Positions 45,994 to 56,371 of a DNA stretch of 64,000 nt are shown one piece after another. Position numbers and translations under genes: made by a program. The notes beneath the pieces were generated by a model. That model did not search any database, had not been told where the DNA came from, and saw only the letters and a list, made by a program, of their open reading frames with translations. The stretch's first letter is position 1. Each line of letters starts with the position of its first letter. This DNA is from a virus: IMG/VR virus record IMGVR_UViG_3300024503_000485, positions 1 to 64,000 of that record; one strand, written 5' to 3'.

Positions 45994-47444
45994 GTTGTTA
46001 CCTTTGTAATTGTGAAAGGATATTTTGCTTCTTTATAATATTTTTTCCTTTCAGTTAAATGCCGTTTGGCATATTTGCATGTAGAGGTAATATCCCAAAT
46101 CTCTACATGGTCTTTGTCTTCTGCTTTTCTAATGCCTCGTCCAATAGATTGGATAACGCGGACAAAGCTCTTTCCGGGCTCAATAAGAACCAGATTAAAA
46201 ATCCTTGGAATATTAATACCCACAGCGGCCACACCGTAAGTCGCCACAATAATCTTGTCATCACTTGTTTTAACATCATCGTATTCTTCTTTCCTGTCAT
46301 CTAATTTAACAGAGCCGTTGATAAAGACCGCACCGGGTAGTAGGTTAATTAACTTGTCTCCTGTGTCAATCCTGTTGACTAAGACAAGTGTATTTCCTGA
46401 AGTGGAAATATCTTTAACCTTATTTGCAATCCAACTAATTCTAGTAGGATCGGTAACTAACCATGAATATTCTTCGGCGTAACTTCTGAATACTTCTATG
46501 TTGTTAGTTTGTAAAATATTAATATTGAGTTGAGCAAGAACATCTTTTTGTTGTAAATCATAAGCAGATACACGATTAATAACTGGACCTATACTTGCAA
46601 GTATGCCTTGAAACTCCCAAGCTTCTTTAGGTATGGTGCCTGTTAATCCCCAACGTATAGCGCAGTTTTTAAAATTTTGAGTCAATAATTTTGTTAAAAC
46701 ATCTGCTTTGGCCTGATGAACTTCGTCAACAATAATAGCCACAACCCCTTCGCAAAATTCTGCAAGGCTAAGACTTTCTTCATCATAGCTTTTTTTGTCT
46801 AATACATTAAGACTTTGCCATGTACAGATAGTGTGTGTTCGATTTAATTCTTTTCGATCACCGAAATACACACCAACATCTAAACCTAGGTTTTTGTAGT
46901 CTTCTTCAGTCTGGACAACAAGCGATTTGTTCGGAACAATAACCATCGTACGACCATACGGTTCACAAAGATGCGACAACGTCGCTGTAGTAATCGTTTT
47001 ACCTGCACCTGTTGCTACCTCCTGTAAGGCTTGTTGATTTTCTAAAAATTTATTAACAACATCGTATTGATAATCTCTCAATATGATAGGTTTACCTGCT
47101 TCTGGATGACCTTTTGGCCATGTCTTGCCTTTGTCAGCCCAATAGTTTTCATTTATTTGCTTAAAGTCAAACGCATGAGGTTGTCTTAGATCCTCTACAT
47201 CAATATCAAATCCTGATTCTTCAATAATAGGTAATATAACATCTAAGTGTGCTAGATATCCATTGCCGCCAATACCAAAATATGTTTTAGTACCGTCCCA
47301 TCTACCTAGTTTGTAAGCGGGCATATGACGTGCATAGGGAAGGTCATACTTGAGTTTGTTTGCTAGCTTTCTTCGAACTTCAACAGGCAAACCGTCAAGT
47401 TTAATATTAACCTCATCCTTAATTATTAATTTACAAGTCGACAA
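45990..47444 (-). CDS. uvsW: UvsW-like SF2 DNA helicase
   Basis: N-terminal RWDG region, LRDYQ, Walker A TGAGKT, DEVH box, 484 aa. Confidence 0.8.
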   Translation of the reverse strand: MSTCKLIIKDEVNIKLDGLPVEVRRKLANKLKYDLPYARHMPAYKLGRWDGTKTYFGIGGNGYLAHLDVILPIIEESGFDIDVEDLRQPHAFDFKQINENYWADKGKTWPKGHPEAGKPIILRDYQYDVVNKFLENQQALQEVATGAGKTITTATLSHLCEPYGRTMVIVPNKSLVVQTEEDYKNLGLDVGVYFGDRKELNRTHTICTWQSLNVLDKKSYDEESLSLAEFCEGVVAIIVDEVHQAKADVLTKLLTQNFKNCAIRWGLTGTIPKEAWEFQGILASIGPVINRVSAYDLQQKDVLAQLNINILQTNNIEVFRSYAEEYSWLVTDPTRISWIANKVKDISTSGNTLVLVNRIDTGDKLINLLPGAVFINGSVKLDDRKEEYDDVKTSDDKIIVATYGVAAVGINIPRIFNLVLIEPGKSFVRVIQSIGRGIRKAEDKDHVEIWDITSTCKYAKRHLTERKKYYKEAKYPFTITKVTT

Positions 47445-48612
47445 TATTCCTATCCTTTTGAACAGCTGGTTTTACATCGCTTAGATATAAAACACAATAG
47501 TGGTTATCAATCCACGTTTGAGACATATTGCTCATAGGAGGAAAAGATTTGTTCACTACTATAATACTAACATCGTCTTCTTCTTTAATCAACCACTTTG
47601 CAGGCTTTTTAAAGATTAGTAATCTACCTTCAGACAAATCTCCACCGAGACCCGAAGCTCTAACCCATTCGTTGAACTTTGGATCTTCGTCGTTCCTACT
47701 TCGAAAACAAATTTTTATTTCCTCTTTGCTAACTCCATTGTTAATGGCGGAGATAACAAACGACTCTAACCAACTTTTTAAATGATTATCTTCACTGACT
47801 ATTAAAATAACTTTTTTCTTTACGGTTTTATACAAATTAAAAAATTTACTAAAATCGTCGGTCCAAAAATAATTTGTATTATATGAGGCTACTCTATGAA
47901 TAAGATTTTTTGATGTAGACCCGTACAATACATAACCCATACGCTTTGCCAGCATTAGGTCGTGATCTAATTCTTTTAATTTTCTAGAATCAAAATACTC
48001 TTGTGCAGACGAAGTTGCGTTTTGTAATACTACTTCATCGTTTACAATTTTGCAGGCTGGAGCATAATACTCTGCGTCGTTCCAAATCTGTTCAACATCT
48101 GCTAGTGCATGATTAAATGATTCGTCAATATTAAATCCGTGTCTAATTGCAAATTCATTTACTAAAATTAAATTTAAATCGTAGATGTTATATTTTCTAA
48201 CTTTATCGTCTGGATTCCAAAGAGATCGATCTTCTCTGTTATTTTTAAGAACTTCTTTTTCAAAAACTTCTTTAAGAGAATAAGGATGTTTTAAGCATAA
48301 CCAAAGTTTATCATTTTTGTCTTTTTCAACAAAAATGCTTTTAGTCATATCTAAATTTCTAAAAGGATTTTTCCATGTTGCGTTTTGTAATCTAAAATTT
48401 AAATTTAATTGTCGTGTACTAAAATGATTTTTATATTTTTCCATTAACTTGATAACATAGTTTGCCTGCGCTTGGGTAAGATTTTTGTTATCTGCAATTA
48501 AATTGAAAAAATTTGTCAATACGACAATGTCCTGATTATTCAAGAAATTTGTAGATATAACCGAAGTATAAAATTCGGTAAAGATGTCTTCGAAATATTC
48601 ATTCGCCGCCAT
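47431..48612 (-). CDS. hypothetical protein
   Basis: 393-aa ORF. Confidence 0.45.
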   Translation of the reverse strand: MAANEYFEDIFTEFYTSVISTNFLNNQDIVVLTNFFNLIADNKNLTQAQANYVIKLMEKYKNHFSTRQLNLNFRLQNATWKNPFRNLDMTKSIFVEKDKNDKLWLCLKHPYSLKEVFEKEVLKNNREDRSLWNPDDKVRKYNIYDLNLILVNEFAIRHGFNIDESFNHALADVEQIWNDAEYYAPACKIVNDEVVLQNATSSAQEYFDSRKLKELDHDLMLAKRMGYVLYGSTSKNLIHRVASYNTNYFWTDDFSKFFNLYKTVKKKVILIVSEDNHLKSWLESFVISAINNGVSKEEIKICFRSRNDEDPKFNEWVRASGLGGDLSEGRLLIFKKPAKWLIKEEDDVSIIVVNKSFPPMSNMSQTWIDNHYCVLYLSDVKPAVQKDRNIVDL

Positions 48613-48642
48613 AATAATATTATAGCAGAAATAATTTAAAAA

Positions 48643-49482
48643 TCAAGACTTTTGTAAAATATTTACTAACCTTTTTTGAGGAATTCCGTCAACCATTTCT
48701 GATAATAACCACTCGGTATGACAAAGTTTTTTGAACCAGTCGCTCCGTTCAGGAATAATTGGGTTTTCTATATTTTCAAAGTTATTAGAAAGTTCGCCTG
48801 CAAGACTTGTTTGATCGCAAATTACAGGTACACCGTTAATTGATGCTTTAACTGCTGGACCACTATTAAAATTTACTACACAATGATAATTATAATCTAT
48901 ATCAAAATCATCGTAGGTATTTGCCACTAATCTTGGATATTGTACCAACACATTTGGAGAATTTACAACTACAGGCGACCGTGGATGTGGCCTTACAACA
49001 ATTAACCTATCAGTATATTTTCTTATTTCTGCTACGGTATTTTTTACCCAAACAGACATAGACGGTTGACCAACCCACTGGAGGCTTTTTTCATGCTGAC
49101 TAGCAATTAGTATTTCTTTTCGTCGTAGTGTATTTTCTGGTTTTAATTGAATATTTAATTTTTGTGGTCGTGCTTCGTCAATCTCATCTTGATTTCCAAA
49201 TTCACCTAGGCCGTTAATATTATTTAAACTAACCCTCCACGTTAATCCTCTAACCAAATTTCCAACTTCAATAATCATCACAGGAATATTAGCTGCTTGG
49301 CATTGTTCGTAAACAGATTTATTACTAAACATTCTTCCATGCCAAAGTACGCTCCAGATAACAGCTACATCTTCTTCCTTATCGACAATAGTATGTCCTA
49401 ATTTTTTTAGTCCAAGTTCAAAGGCATCAAATACAGGCCCACTATTCATGGCTCCATACTTTCTATACAATTTAAATTTCAT
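48643..49482 (-). CDS. putative glycosyl/phosphoglycosyl transferase, paralog family A (1 of 3)
   Basis: Shares EIRKYTDRLIVVRPHP, NFNSGPAV...INGVPV and IENP..P.R..W blocks with ORFs 52446 and 54798. Confidence 0.45.
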   Translation of the reverse strand: MKFKLYRKYGAMNSGPVFDAFELGLKKLGHTIVDKEEDVAVIWSVLWHGRMFSNKSVYEQCQAANIPVMIIEVGNLVRGLTWRVSLNNINGLGEFGNQDEIDEARPQKLNIQLKPENTLRRKEILIASQHEKSLQWVGQPSMSVWVKNTVAEIRKYTDRLIVVRPHPRSPVVVNSPNVLVQYPRLVANTYDDFDIDYNYHCVVNFNSGPAVKASINGVPVICDQTSLAGELSNNFENIENPIIPERSDWFKKLCHTEWLLSEMVDGIPQKRLVNILQKS

Positions 49483-49525
49483 AGTTTTTTGAATTATAAA
49501 TAACAGAGTATTTAATTCTAATTCA

Positions 49526-49942
49526 ATGAGTAAATTTGAAAAAACGTTAAGAAAGAAAGTAGGAAAGCCCCAAAATACTATTCTATTGGGATTAGGGCCT
49601 AGCGAGATTGAAACAGCATCAAACGTTTTTCAATCTGTATTTGTATTTTCTTCTATAGATCAGTCGTTTAAAAATAGAAACGTAATCTATTTTGAAAACT
49701 TTAACGATATGGCCAAATTACCGGAAGTAAATTTTATACTTATTAATCCTGAAAATATTAAAGAAATGCCAAATATTACACCAATATTAAAAAATTCAAA
49801 ACCGCTGGTTATGATACTTTCAGGGGAATATATACATAAACGTTTTTCAAAGTGGCTAATTGAAGAAATGCATTATGAACTAGTTGAACTCGACACTCAT
49901 CGTCAACTATGGAAAAAGAAACGATTATTAGGACAATTATGA
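49526..49942 (+). CDS. hypothetical protein
   Basis: 138-aa ORF. Confidence 0.4.
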   Translation: MSKFEKTLRKKVGKPQNTILLGLGPSEIETASNVFQSVFVFSSIDQSFKNRNVIYFENFNDMAKLPEVNFILINPENIKEMPNITPILKNSKPLVMILSGEYIHKRFSKWLIEEMHYELVELDTHRQLWKKKRLLGQL

Positions 49943-50919
49943 AAAAGACAGCATTTGTAACAGGAATGACAGGACAAGACGGTCCATATCTTGCTAAACT
50001 TCTTCTAGAAAAAGATTATAAAGTATATGGTCTTGTAAAAAGATATTCTAATCCAAATTTAGATAATATCAAATATTTAGGTATTGAAAACGACATTGAG
50101 TTGATCACCGGCGATATTACAGACGACGGATGTATCAACCATTTAGTTAAAAGTCTTAAACCAAATGAATTTTATAATCTTGCCGCTCAAAGTTTTGTAG
50201 GAGCAAGCTGGGACCTTAATAAATTAACCACTGAAGTTAATGCTGTTGGCCCTTTAAATAATCTTAATGCTATTAAGCAGCATAGTCCAGAAACAAAATA
50301 TTATCAAGCAAGCACTTCCGAAATGTACGGTAATAGCATTGAAATTTCCGGAGGACACCAAGACGAAACAACACCGTTCTGGCCCCGTAGTCCATACGGA
50401 GTTGCAAAATTATATGCTTACTGGATCACCGTAAATTTTAGAGAAAGTTACGGAATTCATGCTTCAAATGGAATATTGTTTAATCACGAAAGTCCTATTC
50501 GAGGTAAAGAATTTGTTACAAGAAAAATTACAGATGGCGTAGCAAAAATTAAATGTGGCCTTGCTGACAAAATTACTTTAGGTAATTTAGATTCTAGAAG
50601 AGACTGGGGTTTTGCCGGTGATTTTGTTGAAGCTATGTGGTTAATGTTACAACAAGACGAACCGGGCGATTATGTTATTGCCACAGGAGTTCAATACACT
50701 ATTGGTGATTTATTAGAACGTGCATTTAGATATGCAGGCATCGAAGACTGGGAAAAATATATTGAATCAGATCCAAGATTTAAGAGACCGGCAGAGCTTT
50801 ATAGCCTTTGTGGAAACCCCGCTAAAGCAGAAAATGTCCTTGGGTGGAAACGTAAAACTAGTTTTGACGATCTAGTTAAAATGATGGTTGAAGCAGATAT
50901 CAAACGTTATACTAAATGA
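49939..50919 (+). CDS. gmd: GDP-mannose 4,6-dehydratase
   Basis: N-terminus KTAFVTGMTGQDGPYLAKLLLEKDYKVYGLVKR matches the GMD signature; SDR YxxxK present. Confidence 0.8.
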   Translation: MKKTAFVTGMTGQDGPYLAKLLLEKDYKVYGLVKRYSNPNLDNIKYLGIENDIELITGDITDDGCINHLVKSLKPNEFYNLAAQSFVGASWDLNKLTTEVNAVGPLNNLNAIKQHSPETKYYQASTSEMYGNSIEISGGHQDETTPFWPRSPYGVAKLYAYWITVNFRESYGIHASNGILFNHESPIRGKEFVTRKITDGVAKIKCGLADKITLGNLDSRRDWGFAGDFVEAMWLMLQQDEPGDYVIATGVQYTIGDLLERAFRYAGIEDWEKYIESDPRFKRPAELYSLCGNPAKAENVLGWKRKTSFDDLVKMMVEADIKRYTK

Positions 50920-51740
50920 CAACAAAATTTGCAGTAGTCACTACTTTTCATCAGGCTGGGTACGAAAAATACGGTCGAAGGATGATTCAAACCTTTTTAG
51001 AATCATGGCCTAAAGATGTAACCTTATATGTGTATCCTGAGAATTGTGCAGTAATTGAAACTGCTCCAAACCTCGTTGTGAGAGATTTACACTCGTCAAG
51101 TCCCGAACTAGTTGCATTTAAAGAAAAGTGGAAAAATGACCCAAAAGCCAGAGGGGAAGTAGCCATGGGACCTCCTGGACCTAAGGGAAAGATTCCCGGA
51201 ATTGGTTTTCGTTGGGATGCTATTAGATTTAGTCATAAAATTTATTCGGTATGTCATGCGGCAGAAAATACCGATGCCGATATACTGCTTTGGATGGATG
51301 CTGACATGGTTTGCCATACCACACTTCCGGTGCATTTTTTAGAAAAAATGGCAGGTACTCATGTGGGTTTGGGATTTTTAGGTAGAGAAAATAAATTTAC
51401 CGAATGTGGATTATATTCGATGAATTTAAGAAATCCTGCTACTCAAGAATTTTTAAAAGAATTTCAAAAGGCCTACGACACTGGCAGAATTTTCACCATG
51501 AAAGAGTGGAATGATTGTTGGGTTTTTGACGTTGTTCGAGAAGAAATTAAAAAACTTCATCCTGACTGGTATTGGTACAACTGGAGTAAGGGATTAATCA
51601 AAGGAGAAGGCCATCCGCTGGTTAATAGTCCTTGGGGTGCTTATCTCGATCACCTTAAAGGTAACCGAAAAAATACCGGAAAAAGCCTAAAAACAGATTT
51701 TATTCGTCAGCGTACTGAAAAATATTGGATTACTCAGTAA
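50916..51740 (+). CDS. putative DxD-motif glycosyltransferase, paralog family B
   Basis: ILLWMDADMV block shared with ORFs 51730 and 53381. Confidence 0.4.
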   Translation: MTTKFAVVTTFHQAGYEKYGRRMIQTFLESWPKDVTLYVYPENCAVIETAPNLVVRDLHSSSPELVAFKEKWKNDPKARGEVAMGPPGPKGKIPGIGFRWDAIRFSHKIYSVCHAAENTDADILLWMDADMVCHTTLPVHFLEKMAGTHVGLGFLGRENKFTECGLYSMNLRNPATQEFLKEFQKAYDTGRIFTMKEWNDCWVFDVVREEIKKLHPDWYWYNWSKGLIKGEGHPLVNSPWGAYLDHLKGNRKNTGKSLKTDFIRQRTEKYWITQ

Positions 51741-52476
51741 TTTGATATTCGTGTTTTGAATGCTTGGCTTTGTAATGATCTAAATATTCCCCAAGCACGG
51801 TATGCTTCATTGGAGTTTTGTAAGGCTTTTTAAAATCTTTGCATAAATCATTGCCTTTTGCTCCGATTTTTTCAAAAACATAACCATATACATCGTTATC
51901 GTAAAATCTTCTTAAATTTTTTGAATCTTGTTCAACAAAGTGTCTACGATACTCATTTCTAAAATTAAAAAAGTTTGGATGTTTTGTGTTTACAGCAGAA
52001 AAACCAGTCTCAGGAACAAACCATCTACCAGGAGTTCCGTCTTTAGCTGACAAATATGTAACTCCCATGTGAGTGCTAAGAACATTGTCAGGTAAAACTG
52101 ATTTTAACAAGTCTAAAGGAAGTTTTTTCTTTGTAATAACATCGGCGTCTAACCAAATAATTCGATCAGCATCGCTGTTAAACATTGCGTGTATAAAACT
52201 AAAAGATTTTTTAGCAAATTTTCTTTCTTGACCGCCTATACCTTTAGTATTTTGAAAAATTTCATATGCAGGGTCTAATTCTTTAAAGTCTATTTGTTTA
52301 ATTCGGTTTATGTTTGGTAATTGAAACTCTTCGACATAGCAAGTCAGTGTTAATTCTTCTGGCCAATATGTTAACCAAGACTCTACAGAGTCTCTTCCGA
52401 TGAGATTATAATAATATTCGTTGAAACTTGTTATAACTTCTATTTTCATACATACTTTCTCATATGAGACCAACAT
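51730..52476 (-). CDS. putative DxD-motif glycosyltransferase, paralog family B
   Basis: IIWLDADVI block. Confidence 0.4.
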   Translation of the reverse strand: MLVSYEKVCMKIEVITSFNEYYYNLIGRDSVESWLTYWPEELTLTCYVEEFQLPNINRIKQIDFKELDPAYEIFQNTKGIGGQERKFAKKSFSFIHAMFNSDADRIIWLDADVITKKKLPLDLLKSVLPDNVLSTHMGVTYLSAKDGTPGRWFVPETGFSAVNTKHPNFFNFRNEYRRHFVEQDSKNLRRFYDNDVYGYVFEKIGAKGNDLCKDFKKPYKTPMKHTVLGEYLDHYKAKHSKHEYQITE

Positions 52477-53384
52477 TCCCCGTTGGTAATTTCTTCAAAG
52501 TTCCAATGGAACATAGCCAACCGTTCTACCCATTTTTGTCTGTCTGGTAAATTAGGATTTTCAATGTCAGATAAATTCATATTTGAAATTTCTGCACACT
52601 GACTTTTTTCAGGATCGGTGACAAAAATAGGATATCCTTCAATTGCGGCTCCTACGGTTGGACTTGAATTATAATTTACCACAGCCCAGCAATTTTTTAA
52701 ATCATGTTCTAGTGTTGTGCCTGGTTGTGATAACCTAATATTGTTATTTTTGTGACCAAGTTTTTTTATCAAGTTTTGAGGACTTAAATAATCTTTTGAG
52801 CCTTTGTCACCTGGATGTGCTCTTAATACAATTTCTCTATCAGTGTATTTTCTAATCTCTTTTAAGGTTGCTGCGGTCCATTCTACCACATCATATCCAC
52901 CCATCGACCATCCGCCATTTCGTTGTAAACAAAATAAAATGTGATTTCCTGTAGTGCGATAGTCTTTTAAAGATAAATTTAAATTTTTAGAAAGAGTTAT
53001 CCAACGTTGAGGATCAATTTCTTTATCGCAATACTCTCCTGTATTAGGAAATATTCCGTTAAAACTATATCTTAAATAATGTTTAGGATTTGTATTATCT
53101 TTATATAAAAATAAATTACTATCTGCCAATAAAACTTTTTTATTTGCATTAAGTTGATAATCAATGATTTTTCTTCTAAATTCTAAATGTGCAGTTCCTT
53201 TAGATCCTGCATGAACCCATCCTATGCTCATACCTACGTCAGCAGGAACAACTCGCATGTCGGTCACAAGTTCAACTTCGTCACCGTATTTTTGAACCCC
53301 AGTGGCATATAATTTTAAAATTTCTCCTTTTTCAACATTTTTGTTGTTAGGAGGAATACAAGCTAGGTATGCTGCAAATTTCAT
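52446..53384 (-). CDS. putative glycosyl/phosphoglycosyl transferase, paralog family A (2 of 3)
   Basis: EIRKYTDREIVLRAHPGDKG, NYNSSPTV, IENPNLPDRQKW. Confidence 0.45.
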   Translation of the reverse strand: MKFAAYLACIPPNNKNVEKGEILKLYATGVQKYGDEVELVTDMRVVPADVGMSIGWVHAGSKGTAHLEFRRKIIDYQLNANKKVLLADSNLFLYKDNTNPKHYLRYSFNGIFPNTGEYCDKEIDPQRWITLSKNLNLSLKDYRTTGNHILFCLQRNGGWSMGGYDVVEWTAATLKEIRKYTDREIVLRAHPGDKGSKDYLSPQNLIKKLGHKNNNIRLSQPGTTLEHDLKNCWAVVNYNSSPTVGAAIEGYPIFVTDPEKSQCAEISNMNLSDIENPNLPDRQKWVERLAMFHWNFEEITNGECWSHMRKYV

Positions 53385-54808
53385 TTATTAGTATTTTTAA
53401 TTAAAAGTTCTTTATTTAGAATACCAATGTGATGATGAAAATATTCATTCAACGGGCTGTACTTAATGGAAAATTCATTTTTTCGTTCATCGGCGCCATT
53501 GAGTTGCCACTTATCTGCTGTATCGCAATAAGAACCAATTCCATATTTTCCTATTAAAGACCCTAGCATATGATTATCGTATATTTGCCTTTGTTGATAA
53601 ATTTGTCCATTATACCAACCAGTAGAATATTCTCTAATAAATGCCGGAAATGCTTCGTGTTTTGTATTAAACGCAACAATTCCAGTTTCTAAATCTAACC
53701 CCGTACCAGGAATTAATGTTGCACATACTCGAGCGCCGGGGCTCAGTAATTCTTTTGCTTTTGAGAAAGATAAGGGACGTTTAACAGAAATATCAGCGTC
53801 TAACCAAACTACAAGACCACCAAATTTTCTTGCTGCCCATACCTGTACACGACTCTTTTTCCAGAATCTATCTGCTTTAGTTCCTCCCATTGCTTCTTGA
53901 ACCCAAGGGTCCTGTGTATTAGCAACATCTTTCCAGAACATAAAATTTTTACCAAATCCTAGATCTACAGGTTTGTCATCCCAAACAAAAACAACATCGC
54001 CCGGTAATGTATTTCTCCAAGATGCAAGTGTAATACTACCTACTTCGTTAAAATAATCTCTAGAAAGACTAGTAACAAACGTCAATGGAGGACGAGGCTT
54101 AGAACCAAATTCTAATCCCAACTCATTAGCATAATCAATTAAGTATTGATACCATACATTTTTATATAAACAATCCATGTAATGGGGGAACCAAGGTCCG
54201 CCCTCAGTCCAGTGGTATGCAACAGGCTTTCCGTCTTTTGTTTCATCATTCCATCCGACAAGAAAATTATATTTTGTTGAAACAGAACCAATCTCGTGAT
54301 CCTGTAACCATTGGAACCTATGTAAAAATTGTCCTGTTTGAGAATTTACCACCTCTGGTGTTAATGCTCTGTTTGATGGATGCTCACAATTCCATAAAAT
54401 CATCGAACTCCAGTTCTTTCTTGGATACTGGGCCTGTTGTTTGTTGTCCATCTTTACGGTATTTGTTGGTTGATGATTATGTTGAACAACCATTACAGCA
54501 TATTTTGGATCTGCTTGAGCAAATAATTCTGATATGTTACCGTCCCAAACAAAATCACAATCGCAGAATAAAGCCCAACCTTTGTATTTTTGTAAAGATG
54601 GCACTAAAAATCTAGTAAATGTAAATTCGGTGCTTCCTAAAGAATCGACATCTCTTGTATATAGACCGTCTCGTCTTAATTGGTCCTGTTTTAAAGGCTT
54701 AACAATAGCATCAGGTGTATTTTTATAGATTGAAAATTCGCATACCTTATATGCAATATCTTCTCTAGAATCGTAACCGATATAAACAGGTAAAAAATCA
54801 AAATTCAT
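53381..54808 (-). CDS. tandem two-domain DxD glycosyltransferase (family B duplicated)
   Basis: Two B-type domains: LFCDCDFVWDG in the N-terminal half and LVVWLDADISV in the C-terminal half. Confidence 0.4.
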   Translation of the reverse strand: MNFDFLPVYIGYDSREDIAYKVCEFSIYKNTPDAIVKPLKQDQLRRDGLYTRDVDSLGSTEFTFTRFLVPSLQKYKGWALFCDCDFVWDGNISELFAQADPKYAVMVVQHNHQPTNTVKMDNKQQAQYPRKNWSSMILWNCEHPSNRALTPEVVNSQTGQFLHRFQWLQDHEIGSVSTKYNFLVGWNDETKDGKPVAYHWTEGGPWFPHYMDCLYKNVWYQYLIDYANELGLEFGSKPRPPLTFVTSLSRDYFNEVGSITLASWRNTLPGDVVFVWDDKPVDLGFGKNFMFWKDVANTQDPWVQEAMGGTKADRFWKKSRVQVWAARKFGGLVVWLDADISVKRPLSFSKAKELLSPGARVCATLIPGTGLDLETGIVAFNTKHEAFPAFIREYSTGWYNGQIYQQRQIYDNHMLGSLIGKYGIGSYCDTADKWQLNGADERKNEFSIKYSPLNEYFHHHIGILNKELLIKNTNK

Positions 54809-55613
54809 TTAACATTCTCCAGGCTGCGCCATTTTTTAATTCATCAATGTGATATTGTCCGTAGGCTAAATGGCAAGCCCATGCATATACTTTATCTTTG
54901 TCGGGATAGTACGGAGTTTCGATTTGACTCAAATCTTGTGATGCAACAGGAGAAGCTGCATGTGTAGGTGCTAGCGTAAATGCAGGATATCCGTATAAAA
55001 TTGCTTCGGTTGCTGAATTTGAATTATATGTAACTAACGCATGAACATCGTCATCAAGTGCTTCTTTTAACGTATTTGTAAGTACACGATCTGTTCTGCT
55101 TTTAACTCGTTGGCGTACAACAATTTCTCTATCTGTATATTGTTTAAGAGTATAGATAGTATCGTTGATCCATTCTTCTAAATCAATATTATAAAACTTA
55201 CAAGGTTTTTCATCAGGGGCTGCAATAAGAATTTTTTTGCCGCCTTTTTTCCAATTGTGAATAGGAATTCCTAATTTTCTAAATCTATCGTCTGGCCTTT
55301 GAATTATAGTATTTCCGTGTTGTATATCGTTTTTAACAATCCTATGCCAATATTTCCAACCCATGGGATTTAATGCACTTTTTTGATTACCCATATATCC
55401 GGTATCCATAAAATAAAAATCTCTATTATCAAACCAACAACGTTGCATGATTTTTTTCTTAAGAATACCTCTAAGGACAATGGGGTCTCTGCTGTGCTCA
55501 TATATAAAATCATCTGTGTTTATCACTCGACCATTAGCGCCAAGTGCAAACATGTTGATATATTCATCTTGTCCGTCTTTACTAAGAAAGATCCAATTGG
55601 TCATCTGTTTCAT
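54798..55613 (-). CDS. putative glycosyl/phosphoglycosyl transferase, paralog family A (3 of 3)
   Basis: QYTDREIVVRQ, TYNSNSATEAILYGYP, IETPYYPDKDKVYAW. Confidence 0.45.
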   Translation of the reverse strand: MKQMTNWIFLSKDGQDEYINMFALGANGRVINTDDFIYEHSRDPIVLRGILKKKIMQRCWFDNRDFYFMDTGYMGNQKSALNPMGWKYWHRIVKNDIQHGNTIIQRPDDRFRKLGIPIHNWKKGGKKILIAAPDEKPCKFYNIDLEEWINDTIYTLKQYTDREIVVRQRVKSRTDRVLTNTLKEALDDDVHALVTYNSNSATEAILYGYPAFTLAPTHAASPVASQDLSQIETPYYPDKDKVYAWACHLAYGQYHIDELKNGAAWRMLNEF

Positions 55614-56371
55614 TGTCTTTCTATATCATCTTCAATGCATTGTTCACCGTATTGAATTTCAACAACTTTCACAGGAACATCAAACGGATTAGTAAGTTGA
55701 TGCCACTCGTTAACTGGTACTTTGTACTCAACGTGCTTTCTTAAATGAACGCTAGGCATAGCGTAACCGCTGTTCATTAGTCTGTTTACTTCTGCTTCAC
55801 CGTCGCTGACTATCCAGTATTCTGCTCTTAATTTATGTCGTTGCATACTTAATTTTTTTCCAGGATCAACGGTTAGTTCTTTTACTTTCATTCCTGGTAC
55901 TTCGTGCAAGACACGATAATATCCCCACGGACGTTCGGTCTTTGGTGCTTTCCATTCTTGTAAAATCCATGAGCTAGAATTCATCTTATGTTCGCCGCCA
56001 ACTCCAAATACAAATTCTAAATTATCGTCTTTAATATCCATTTCGGGAATATTAGCATTTGTTCTATCACCGCCGTTAGCAAATATAATTTTATCGTTGG
56101 GATAAATTTCACGAACTTTTCTAATAGCATCTTTAGCTGAACCGTCGTCGTCGTTAAAATTAATAACTCGAGATACATTTGTTAAAGCGCCTAATATGCT
56201 TGAACGTTCTTCCCAAGGCATAAATTCTTGACCTTTTTTTCTTCTTAACCATGCATCGGAATTTGCACCAACAACTAGAACATCACCTAATTTTTTAGCT
56301 TCATTAATATAAGCAATATGGCCAGAATGAATAGGATCAAATCCTCCAGTAACTAACACTATATTTTTCAT
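55610..56371 (-). CDS. bifunctional sugar-phosphate nucleotidyltransferase (cytidylyltransferase-like HxGH) with C-terminal cupin
   Basis: TGGFDPIHSGHI is a CTP-transferase-like motif. The C-terminal WGYYRVL...MQRHKLRAEYWIV is a mannose-6-P-isomerase-type cupin. Confidence 0.6.
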   Translation of the reverse strand: MKNIVLVTGGFDPIHSGHIAYINEAKKLGDVLVVGANSDAWLRRKKGQEFMPWEERSSILGALTNVSRVINFNDDDGSAKDAIRKVREIYPNDKIIFANGGDRTNANIPEMDIKDDNLEFVFGVGGEHKMNSSSWILQEWKAPKTERPWGYYRVLHEVPGMKVKELTVDPGKKLSMQRHKLRAEYWIVSDGEAEVNRLMNSGYAMPSVHLRKHVEYKVPVNEWHQLTNPFDVPVKVVEIQYGEQCIEDDIERQ

